The notes below the pieces were generated by a model, which searched no databases, was not told the origin of the DNA, and worked only from the letters and a program-made list of their open reading frames with translations. Made by a program: the position numbers and the translations under genes. DNA of 63,322 nt, filler included, from Choristocarpus tenellus KU-1152 (lineage: Eukaryota > Protista > Phaeophyceae), in the NCBI GenBank assembly GCA_964200185.2. It is 11 parts of 11 records of this genome, joined end to end, with 100 filler letters (N's around TTAATTAATTAA, not from the genome) between each part and the next. Parts side by side here need not be neighbours in the genome. Positions count along the whole stretch, not along the records: positions 39,509 to 44,723 come from CAXNAD020011485.1; positions 44,824 to 50,150 come from CAXNAD020011146.1; positions 50,251 to 56,230 come from CAXNAD020009251.1; 8 more parts are not named here. One strand, given 5' to 3'. Of this stretch, positions 39,891 to 51,537 are shown piece by piece. The stretch's first letter is position 1, and each line of letters starts with the position of its first letter.

Positions 39891-40148
39891 GAGCCAAAGT
39901 ATTTTAGAGGGTAGAGCCGCGTCCATTTGGGGGCCAAATTCCAATGTTGCGATTTTGATGTAATTTTGGTTATCATATCAATTTAAAAGTGTCAATATCC
40001 TTGTTCTGGACACACCTTTTCATTACGTACACATTTTACCTACTCCCAAACATTTTGGAGTAGGCAAATGTCATGAAAAAAACATGGGAAGCCAAGCCCC
40101 AAACGGACAAACAGGGAAAAACTCATACCCTCTAAGATACTTTCACTC
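39891..40148 (-). mobile_element. MITE family B, full copy
   Basis: GAGCCAAAGTATTTTAGAGGGTA...TACCCTCTAAGATACTTTCACTC; TSD AGTA on both sides. Confidence 0.92.
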
Positions 40149-40845
40149 AGTACCAAAAAGGGGCTAGTATAGGTTGTAACCCAAAAAGATTGGCAGCCTT
40201 ATCACAAGAGATCCTTGCTTGATATTTTGTCACATGCCTTTCCCTCTCATAATTTTTTGTTGGTTGCATACAGAATCTTGCTAAAGGCATTAGGGAGATA
40301 CGCAGTCTGTATAGTGGTATGCTGTAAACGAAGCAAGAATGGTGGTTCCAAGCAAACGTGTTCGGGGGATTATGAGAGAGTTGGGAGAGGATGGGAGACA
40401 AGATGATTCGGATTGGAACCAAGGTAAAGGATGTTTAGAGTAGGTAGGTGCTGTTGTGACACATTATATGGGCATCGCTTGTGGAAGTGTGGAAGTCTGG
40501 TTTTGATGTATAGCCGATCATGCATAGTGATCCGCTGGTGGTATATGACGACAATGTAGGTAGGGGACACCATACGTAGAAGATACGCATCATAGTCCAC
40601 TAAAATTGCCCTAGTTGTATTGACATTCTGTCAAATGTAGCCTATATTGGTGCAAGCACCTTTTACCATTTTTTGTGTTACAATGCCGAGATCCGATCAC
40701 GTCCAAACGTGTTTTTTTGAAATGTCATCAGCTGTAGGGTTATAAGGTTATACTTCGGCAAAGGTGGGGTCTTTGAAAGTGGTACCACAAGGTCTCTCAG
40801 TTCTACCTTCACTACAAGGGTGATAAACGAAATTAACTTATTTTA

Positions 40846-41105
40846 GAGTAAAAGCATCCTAGAGGGCACGACTGTGTCCGTTTGGGGTCCTAAATCCAAT
40901 GTTGCGATTTTGATGTAGTTTTGGCTACTATCTTGTTTGTTAGGAAGTGTCAATATCCATGTTTCGGACAAACCTTTCATAGTCCTGCATACTTACCTGC
41001 TCCGAAATGTTTCGGAGTAGGTAACTGCCATAAAAAAACTGTGGGAAGCCAAGTCCCGAACGGACAAACAGGGCAAAACTCCTACCCTCTTAAGTGCTTT
41101 GGATC
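40846..41105 (-). mobile_element. MITE family B, diverged copy
   Basis: Colinear with the family; termini degenerate. Confidence 0.85.
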
Positions 41106-41194
41106 TTAGTTTATTGGCTAATGTGATATTCGTAAAAATAATGTTTGTAGAGGTTACAACAAATAAGGCAATACTTCTAACCCTATTCAGAAAC

Positions 41195-41372
41195 CAAAGG
41201 GGGAGAAGGGATGTTCAGAGAAAAACTGGTGGTGGTACCTCAAGACCTCAAGGCTTTAGGCTTCACAGCTGATTAGTTCATTTCTCTTCCAGAAGACTCA
41301 AACAGGTGGCACAGATGTGTGGAAGATGGAGCAAAATACTTCATGGACGCCTAGCATATCACTGAGCCAAAC
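41195..41372 (+). mobile_element. RTE-clade LINE 3' ORF fragment
   Basis: ...EKNW...QDLKALGFTAD...RWHRCVEDGAKYFMDA resembles the RTE C-terminus 'DL.AFG......W...VE.GA..FM..W'. Confidence 0.55.
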
Positions 41373-41619
41373 CAATGGGGAGGTAGGCAAGTTTTGGACC
41401 CTTTTGCATTCTAAGCCATCTTTCTTACTCTGTCCAACGCACACTATTTAGATTGCTTTTTTGATTTATATGCCCAATAGTATATGCAAAAATGATATTC
41501 TCCCTTTCCACACACAATCTCTAACGTCACAACTCACAAAGGTTCTTTCTGCAATTGTGCAAAATGACATCTTTTTTTCCCTTTGTCGAAATCCTTAAAA
41601 TACGACCCTGCCTACCTCT

Positions 41620-42390
41620 CAGTTTGTTTGCCTCACTGACGATCGAAGAAAGTGACCTTGGCCACCACCAACCGTGTGTGATGATGCCTGCTGAGCTTCT
41701 TCTCTTTTTCTTTTTTATATGGAGGGTCAGGGGACTGGGTTCCTTGTCTACACCTAGGAGCCTAGCCTGCTCAGGTGACCTTACCTGCTGCTTTAACACA
41801 ACATGTGTCACTAGTCACACCTTTCCTCTCGCGCCAACTTCTTCAATCAATCATCCTAGCCAAACGTCCTTGGGTTGTAGATACAACGCATCCTCAGCAT
41901 CAACCACACCCCCCAAAGGCGCCACTCAAGTGTTATTCCATTACCTGTAGTTCCTCCTCCTCTGTCCTGGTCGTATAGTGCAACTTCCTCAACGACGGCA
42001 AGATCCTTGGAGACAGCCAGGTCTGCATTGAACTTCTTAACCGCTATGCTTAGGACTGTGTTGATAAAGATGATGAGATGAGGGTGAAAACACACAATTG
42101 ACGAAGAACTTGCCTAGCCTCAAACCAATCTGTACACTACAGTTCGTCAGAGAATTGTCGGATGACTCCGATCACCAACTCAGGCACACCAAACTTCGCA
42201 AGGACAGCTCACAGAAGATTCCGCCCGAAAGAGTCACATGCTTTCTGTTGGTCAACGAAACACATGAACATAGAGGTACAAGACATTCTGACTGAGCTCC
42301 TTAATCGCCCTTAGGATGTACATCACGTCCCCTATGGAGTGTCAGAGTCAGAACCACATTGCTCCTCACAGGTTATGTTCTCCTTTTCCA
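41620..42390 (-). mobile_element. RTE-clade LINE reverse transcriptase relic
   Basis: Frameshifted fragments DVMYILRAIKEL...VDQQKACDS...AKFGVPELVIGVIRQF...DWFEARQVLRQ.CV...IFINTVL, with a YADDA-like site degenerated to DAEDA. Confidence 0.75.
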
Positions 42391-44823
42391 GGTAAACTCC
42401 AGTTGTTGTGTGTTCATGGCTAAACGTAGAATGTATCTTGCAAAGATTTACACACTCAAGTCTCCTCTAGTCTAGTCTATGTTGAACTATTGTTAACAAA
42501 TGCACCCAACCTGTCTCTGGCTTTTTTCTAACTCTACTGCACATACTCCTACCTGTAACTGCAGTATGGACAACATTATACTTGAGTCGCAGGAATAAGC
42601 CATTTCTCAACCCTCAAACCCATTCACTCTTGGCTAACACGATTATCTGTTGACTGCATTGGGTTGCACATCACCTACCTCTGTGTTATCCCTAAATTGT
42701 TGGAGGCAACATGATACTATGTTAGTATTGGACTCTGTATAATGAAGACATCCAGACCTCTTATAAATGCTACATCTTGACACATGACAGGAAAGGAAGG
42801 AGGGTTCTGGTTGTACCAGGAGTTTGCAACATAGGAGGGACTGCAAGGTTCCAATTAAGTTTACATACGAAAAATATATATTTAATTCTTTCATGCAAAA
42901 AACAAAAGAAAAAAGTATTACTTTTGTACTGCTGAAAAATAAAATTTCCGACCAGTTTCTGCGAAATTAAAAACTATTGAAAAGAAATATATATTACTAC
43001 AGATTATTGGACTAAAAAGGTTCTACCAACTTCTACCCTCAACGGTTTTGATTTCCACGTGTACAGTAGTAGTAGTAGTAAATGATACTCCATAAAAATA
43101 TACACTATTTAAAAAGTAGTAAAGTACAATCACCAGCATACATTCCAGCAAATCGGCTTGAAAAAAAAAAGAAGGAAATCATTGAGTTCTACTGTGCCAG
43201 CGGTCGGAAATTGCGTAGAATCGGAGATCGTCACTCCAATATGTTGTACCAGATCGTAACCTGTCCGCACTCCAGCTTACTCCAATCAACCAAACCGATG
43301 TAGCTTTTCTCATGCTGATATGACCTATGACGCACTTTGAACAATAGAGAACACAAAGTAGACGCTCTGCTGTGCACAAGCCAATTCCTCTCCAAATTGT
43401 GCGCCTACCATCAGTCCGAAGGTCCGCAAATTCCACTCAAAGTCACTACCACGACACCAAATTTCCTCTCCCTCCCTCCCTCGTACCCAACAAACAAACA
43501 GTCCCTCTCTACCCTGATTCATGCAAAACAACCCCACACTCAGTATGCCTTTTGCCTGAGTAACCATTAGCCTCATGGTAGCAGCGCTTCATACACACCA
43601 AACAGATGCAAATAACTGCTAACCACTCAACCATCACCACCCTCTCTCCAACACCACTACCTCCAACCAAGGTACCACAGTGCAGTAGTGCACAATCAAA
43701 GTACGTGCTGTATGTGTAATTTCCCCCACTTCAAAATCAAACCAAGCTGCCCACGCCATCTCTCACACACACACTCTCTTATATCAATACAAGCACTTGT
43801 TAAGGAAGAGCTTGATAGCTGCCAAGGCTTCCTCTGGGCGTGCCTCAAACAGGCCACCGCCATCCCCTCCTCCTTCAATCTCAACTATACTTCCTCTCTG
43901 TTGTTGAGAACCTCTTCCTCCTCTCCAATGGAGCTTATCAAGGAGGGTCATCGATGAGGACTCTGCATCCACTCCGGATACCAGGCCTCCCAAGAGTCCA
44001 CGGACACTCAGTCCACCCCCATAGCTGCCCGAACCCCTAGCACCACAGAGGAGGAGGACCCAGGTCTCTGAAAGAGCCTTTTCTCATGTATTGACATTTT
44101 GTTTTTGAAGGAGTTGGAGATTGGGGGGGAGGGGGTGGGTGGGGGATCAGAGGCGTGGGTGTTTGTGTGAGACATTTTACCACCATCTTCAAAATGAAGC
44201 GCGCAAGTTGTTTGCAAAACAATGATCAGGCATGTGTGGACGATCATACCACTGTGTAGCCACAATAGAAAACAAGAACCAACCCCATAATTGCCTAGCA
44301 GGGTATGCCCAAGCTCACACCCCTCCTCCCTACCCAAATACACAATTCAACCCATTGATGCGTGTGGGTTCAGTGTAGAACAATCGAGGGTAGGCAGATA
44401 AGGACATTTAACACTTCAAAAATGCCACTCCCTAGCTTCACTTCACCAAGTGAGTTCACTATGACATCATACATTTAAATACATATATACATATGTATAT
44501 ATATTTTCACCTACAGCAACTCCTCCAAGTGCACTCCTTCCTTCTGAAAAAATTCCCGAATCCCGTACTCCAAATCTCAAACGTACCCCCCAAGAGGTTT
44601 GTTTCCCTTACATGGACCAGAAAAAAAAATCCAGAACAGTTTTACAAAAAAACATGAAATTACCCTTTTCCCCCGAGGGCAGAAACTAGAAACTCTACAC
44701 AGACCCAACCCCCCCCTTCCCCCNNNNNNNNNNNNNNNNNNNNNNNNNNNNNNNNNNNNNNNNNNNNTTAATTAATTAANNNNNNNNNNNNNNNNNNNNN
44801 NNNNNNNNNNNNNNNNNNNNNNN

Positions 44824-45600
44824 GGACCCCCAAGCAGCCTGGCGAGGTTGTCCACATGGATTTGGAGGAACATTTTCAACTAGACTTCACTGGTCACATA
44901 TATATTCAGGTGTTGTTGATGAGAACAGCCGCGACAAGAGGGTTTACGGATTGAAAACCAAAAACGCAGCGAAAGACGCAACGGCTGCCTATCTCGACCA
45001 GATGGCCAGGGAAGGTATACCAGTCCAATGTATCAGTGGGGATGGTGCTGGCGAGCTCGGGAGATCGGTAAAGTTTCAAAGGATGCTGGCGAACAACGGT
45101 ACCAGATGGAGGAAATCCCCACCAAGAACACTACAGAGCAATGGGATCGTGGAAAGGACCATAAAGCAACTCATGGGGGCAGCAAGGAGTCAACTGGTAA
45201 AGGCTGGGCTGAGCAATGAGTACTGGTTCTATGCCATCGCGGAAGTCGCCTGCAAAACTGGAGGCATGCCACATGAATACCTGGGAGGAGATACACCATG
45301 CGAGCGTCTAACGGCAAAAGCCTTCAATTAGGATAGGCTTTGTGCCTGGAGGAGCGAGTACTATCTTCACCAGGACAAGCAGCAGAGGGGAGCCGGTTCA
45401 AAGTTTCACCCGTACACGCCAAGCGGGGTTTCATCATGGGACATGGATTGTACATCACTGTGCTGGTACATCTGGCTTCCTCAAGAGGCCAAGTTGGTGA
45501 CCTCAGTCCAAGTGACATTCGAGCCAGACGAACACATTGTAACCTGTCAGCCCAAGCTAGCAGATACAAGATCAAGACAGAAGCACTCAAACCTTTGGCA
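44824..45600 (+). mobile_element. Ty1/Copia integrase (rve) relic
   Basis: PGEVVHMDL...CISGDGAGEL...SPPRTLQSNGIVERTIKQL...ARSQL..AGL..EYWFYA...TP.ERL; stops and frameshifts present. Confidence 0.85.
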
Positions 45601-48600
45601 CACAAGAGGACATTCTTCCCACAAGACCAGAATTCTTTGTTTGGTTCTTGATTGGGTCAGGTGTCGTGAAATAGCAGAAACGGACATGATAGGCATGGCG
45701 TTAGCATAGGGTATTGCTTGTTAGAAAATATACGGTCAAACGTATGTCTGTTTCAGGATGAGATAACGTTTTTGTAGAATGTGTGTGTGTGATCTGTAGG
45801 AGAAGATAAGCTACGACCATTAATTCTCAAGTGTTTCTTCACGTCATCACATATCAATGGTTTCTCTTTTGTATTCTGGTCGACGCAAACAACCGCTGAA
45901 TTGTAATCTAATGATACGACCCCTTCTTTTGCCGACCTCATCACTCTGCCACCAAGAACTGATGAGTTCGAGAACATTCTGTGCGGTGTGTGGCAGGACC
46001 ACAAGAGGAGGGAAACTAACGATATAAGTGCAATACATTTCCAAGCATGTCAGTACGAACAATCCAGTATGCAATATTTAAGAACGCGCTGTTGACGAAA
46101 TGTAGCTGCACAGCCAATTAACCCCCCATCGCACACACCGAATGAAAAAACTTATTCCCTGATGAATAGATCACAACCCCAAATTCGTTTGACTGAATAT
46201 GCCCTTGCCCCAATTGCGGTGAGCCAAGTCAGCTTTGCTTTCCGGAGATGGAAGACAAACCACGATGGGTCGTATCATTTTTTTGTATGTGGAGTTGATG
46301 CCTCGATACAAATACCTAGGCAGAAACGGTGTGACCCAACGGTATTACGAACTCCACTCTCATCCTCAGATTATATAACATCTCTGTCGTCGCCCTCTCC
46401 TCGTCACAGTTGTATAAATCGACACACAGGGTAAGTTCCATTTCAGTGCTGTACATACGTTCACCGTGCTCTGGAATGCGAACCGTGAGGCCACCGTGGA
46501 CTCCCTCAAGAACAGTGGCGGATTTAGCTACAGCTACAGGCAACTGGTAGGTGGGTCGAGTGTGTTGGTGTTTCATCAGGCACAAAAGGAGTTGTCATAT
46601 CGTGTGTCGACTCTCAGTAAGAACGACCCTATCCGATCATTTTGAGATCCATCTTTGCTAAGTTTTACCAGGTTCTAATGCTTTCCTAGAAATAGACTAG
46701 TCATTTTGGGGGGAGAAATACCATTTGCCGGATAAGATTCAATTCCTCGTAACAAACTGCCAGCAGTTATTTATATAGATGAAATAGGGCAACAAATGAT
46801 TTATTGATAGATATTTTGGGCATACAAAATTGTTCCTATCGGGGCATGCATTGCGTTTTTCTGCTTGCATCCATTTTTGTATCTTTAGTAGACTTCATCT
46901 AAAGCAAGGTTTGTATCCAAAGTAGGACCAATCCCAATCATTGGATAGTGAAGACAAATAAATTACACGACAAGGTATTATCGATTCTGATATGAGGAAA
47001 CCAAAAAGGCATGGTCGAGAACTAAGAATATGTTGTTGAGTTATCTGGTTGCGAGTAGTAGACATTCGCGCGTTCTATGGATGTCGTCTATTCCACACTT
47101 GGTGCACAGTCCAATGTTTATGACGAGAGATCCATGTTGTTCTCACACTGGGTGGCGACTATCGCCGCCCTCACTAGTTTTTTTTTCCATTCCTTACACC
47201 GCATCATTTCCCACTGTCCGAAAACACTGTATGCTCGTCCCTCCTTTTGTGTAGGTCCAGAAGCAGACCAGGATGCAGTACTTTGCACGAATGTGCACAG
47301 ATGTCTTGGCTGTAAAGGGCCCTTCCATCCTTGGAGAGGACACTCCTCAAGGCCGTAAATGAAACGACATCGTGGAGTCAGCCGCTGGTATATTTGCGGA
47401 GAAGGCGACTGAAAAATTGCCAACTGACCTACTCTCCCTGTCCTACGTGGTTGGGAACGAAACCTTTCCGGAAGAATGGGTAAGTCCCGGATCCGTGAGG
47501 ATTCGTCATCAAGCCTATGCATAGATGCATTTAGCAGTACCGATCACATCGATTCCCAATGTATCATCCAAAGTACTTGCACAACGACTAAAACGCTCAC
47601 AACATACTACTTCTGTCCTTGGCCATTCCGTATGCAATTCGCCTCCGTAGTTCTCTACTACACTAAGGGGTGTCAGCGCCAACAAAGAGCACACCAGCAA
47701 GGCCAAGAATCCTTCCTCTAAAGGGAAGAAAAAGAGTACCGAGGAGGAAACGGGGAAGGAGGCCAGCCTCTCAACCCCTGACACGGACCAATTCCCCTTT
47801 GAGACAGAGAAGCAGAAAATCGCTTTCGCAAAGAGGATGCACATGAAAGAGATACGTTTATCGAGCAGGTCGTACTCAAGGTCGCGGTGCTAAAGATGAA
47901 CGAACTGAAGGAGAAAGATGAGCTCGGAAATCGACCCCAACGTGGCAGGGAATTCCAACCTCCCTCTACCGAGGAGGCTGCAAAAGAACCGTACATCCTA
48001 TCAGAGGAGGTAATTTATACAGTGTTGACGGTTTACACTCTCGACTTTCTTGTGTGTTTGCATCCTTTAGCAAATCCAGACGCAGGAAATATCCGTATTT
48101 GATAGGACTGTATTCAGACTCTGGTACTGACTTCAATTACGTCTGTATGAAAACGAACCCATTTTCACTTCAAACGTCCGCCCTACCCCTATGTTTCAAA
48201 GGTGGGAAGGAGATTACTGTTGAAGAATGTGGAGAAGGGTAATGTCTTCCTCAAAATTGTCGAAGGCTCGAAGGGTGTTGCCCTCCCAAGAGGATTAGAA
48301 GGTGAAGTCAAGCAAGTGTAAATAAACGTTTCATGACATGATGATAAAGGGACCAGCGATAGAGGAGCAAATATTTTTTTGTTTGTTTGCTAGTGGACAA
48401 GAACCGTCAGACCTCAAATTGGTTGTAGTCAAAAATGCCATGGTGTATTGACATGCAACCCCGTTGCCTGTACTAAATGGTAAATAACATTAAGAGATCA
48501 ATTGCCTAAGATAATCCACACCAAACATGACAATGGTGCGATAGTGTTTTTCACACTTACAGTGCTTAATAGTATTTCTCACATTTATTTTATTTCCGTA

Positions 48601-48945
48601 GGGCTTATAATGACACACTCTACAGGGCTCAGGTTCTGAGAAACACGTCCCCACTCGCAAGGGGAAAAGAACGCCTGTAACTCCCCCAGTAACCTTGCTG
48701 GAGAATATCTCTTCTCTCCTGTACGTAGCAATGGTGAGGTATCAGCCATCAATACACCATCGGACATGAAGGGGAGTGATGTGGACTTGGCGGACAGCAA
48801 AGATGAACTGCCCATGTCCGAGGATGGTAAGTTTAACGTCGGAATGACTGGTCGATTCCTTGAGGCTTGCCCAGAGGAACTCCTCCGCTCGGCAAACCTA
48901 TCCTCATCAACATACTATCGTGTCCAAACCTGTGTCCTTCTACAG

Positions 48946-49242
48946 GTTATTCATGACTGCGGATTTAGGTTGATGCGGGCTGGCAAAGCTGCAAATCTTC
49001 TTGTCCTGGACGATCACTTCTACGCGCACAAGGGAATCCTCGATGGCTTGTGCCATGGTGTGGGTAATACCAAGAGGACGCTGTGTGTGAAGGACATAGA
49101 AGCACTCGCAGCGAGAAAAGCTGTCTTTCTCGGTCGTGTCGAGGCAGAACTGTGGATTGACAAGTATTCCTCCCCCCTAAATCTTTGGCATGTGTTGACA
49201 GAGGTTTACCCTTAGCTTATAGATTGGTGGAAGGAAGGGAGG
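48946..49242 (+). pseudogene. Possible glycosyltransferase family 61 (DUF563)-like exon with a frameshift
   Basis: cag|VIHDCGFRL...WIDKYSSPLNLWHVLTE, then after a 1-nt frameshift GLPLAYRLVEGRE|gt; N-x-W-H motif. Confidence 0.35.
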
Positions 49243-50250
49243 TGCGACTTCACACATGCTCACCAGCTCAAGTAGATCTTTTTTGGTTTCAGGTCGAACT
49301 TAAAGTAAGAGTGTATTTTTCGCAGACTTCATTCATTCTGTTCCTTCCACAATGTGTCCAATGGTTTGCACGGTTTGGACCAAATATTGTAGACTCTGTA
49401 GCTGTACCTGTACGTCGTCCGATTTTGCACGGCCTGGGGCCAATTTTTTAGATGTTGGAGTTTATAACTGTTGGGGTAACCCTAACTCAAGAAAAAATCA
49501 TAGAAACGTTCTTCATGCTGTGAACTATTCGACTTGGGCAATTCGAATGTGTCCTTCTTCTCTTACCAAATAACCAGCTTTGGTTCAATATCTCGGTTCT
49601 TATCTGTATTTTGGAATTTGCCACGTCTTTTACACAGCACACACCTGCTGACAAATACAAGTCTAGTATCCCGTGGGATAACACCTTTTGACCCCCTAAA
49701 CAGTTCTTCTGATGCGAAGTGAGGTCAATAACCTTAAACACTAATCAATGTCTAACACAGCATATCGTCCTCATCGCACGGTGAAGGTGAACGTAAGAAT
49801 CCTTGTAATGTTTTCCCTTTACTGTTATAGGGTGCTTTGGTGATCACAGGATAAATCCGTTTGGGAATCTATAGTTTACGGTTGCTATACCCGGATACCC
49901 TCCATCAAACACACATTCGAAACTTGGCCTAACCTTTAGACCGAAGGAGGGTACACTTCGGTCTTAGTTTCAATGATCAAAGACTGTTCCAAGTGTTTCG
50001 TACCAATATTTCTCATAAACATTTAAACTTTGATGAAGCTTATATCGCTGTGCGTCGTAGCTCTGGAACACATATTGTTAAACCTGAATCGAATGCATCG
50101 TTCATGTGAGCAAAATGCGTAGACTACTAGCGATGAGGAATCATGGTGTTNNNNNNNNNNNNNNNNNNNNNNNNNNNNNNNNNNNNNNNNNNNNTTAATT
50201 AATTAANNNNNNNNNNNNNNNNNNNNNNNNNNNNNNNNNNNNNNNNNNNN

Positions 50251-50272
50251 CCCCCCCCAGATACTTTGGGTC
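50251..50272 (-). mobile_element. MITE family A terminus at contig start
   Basis: CCCCCCCCAGATACTTTGGGTC. Confidence 0.75.
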
Positions 50273-51537
50273 ATGCAGCTTAGTTGTAATGTTGTTGTTC
50301 CGGAATGTTATGGTTTGAGCATGCTTTACACGAGATGCTGAGCAGACGTATTTGCAATCAGTAGTGCAGACCAGGCTAGAGCCCGTGCAAGAGAGAACCA
50401 ATGAATTACATTGGAGACGTGCTCTCTTGACTCAAGCACACACATGCTCTCGAGAGCCAACACTCTTCGCATGAACAGAGGAGAGTCACTTAAAGCCAGC
50501 CCAATCTGTGGGGTGTTGTTTCTAAAAAACAAGCCAGTAACTCTACCTCTTCCCATTCCAGCAGGTCAAAGTGTGCAGAGGTCCCTTCAGCCGAATTCAG
50601 AAGGTCACGGGCGTTGAACAGAATGTAGAAGTAGTGAGAGCAACCTCCTCGTGGCCCAGCGGATAACAAGACTGTTCCCTGCAAGGATTTTGCGGGTTAG
50701 AACCTTATTGAAATCAGACTATGTTGTAATTACAGCAAATCGAACATTCATTGTGGTTTGTCCCTGCGCATACTTACTGCTTGCACTGGTTAGAGCACGA
50801 GATGCAATACATACACTAATCGATTGTAGCAAATGAAAGTGCGAACGGAGGTAAGAGTTAGAGTCATAGTGTAACATAACTTGGCTAAAGTCGGTATGAA
50901 AAGTAGTGTGTGTAATGCCTCTGAGCTCGGGATGGGGTAATCTCCACACTTAATAAGGACAGTAGTACTAGTAATATTATCAATAATACAAACAATAGTA
51001 CCTCTGTGCCATTACTTTGTCCCGCGAAACATCTGGCCTCGCCGAGCGAGAACGGTGCCGAATCGGACGATAATCTCACAGAATAAAATTGGGTTGGTAA
51101 TCTTCTTAGCTTTCATAAAAGGTGGGGGTCGACGATCATCAGGTACAAACTCGAGGTGCTTCAAGTCGGCTAAGTAGGGGTCTTTTGGGGTGATTCTGAC
51201 GCCAGAACTGAGCACGTCGACGGTCAGAACGTCGGTATGGCAACCCCCCCGTTGACTCCCCCCCGTAGGAAGGGTGCTGAAGTGTCCCTGAATATCAGGG
51301 TTGCACTTGCAGTGCGACATGCCCTCGTGATGGTCCCTGGTGAGCATAAACTGCTGCGACACGTTGGGCCAGCCTTCGCAGCGGAGTTTGGAGTGTCTGA
51401 GCGTTACATGCAAGGGCTCTGGGAGGACGTCGCCGATCAGCTCGCCCGTGGCCATACGCTTGACCTAGGGCGGGTAGCATGTAGTGGGCGACCTTCGGAG
51501 CTCACACCAATCAAGATGGGTCGCAGTACATAGTATC

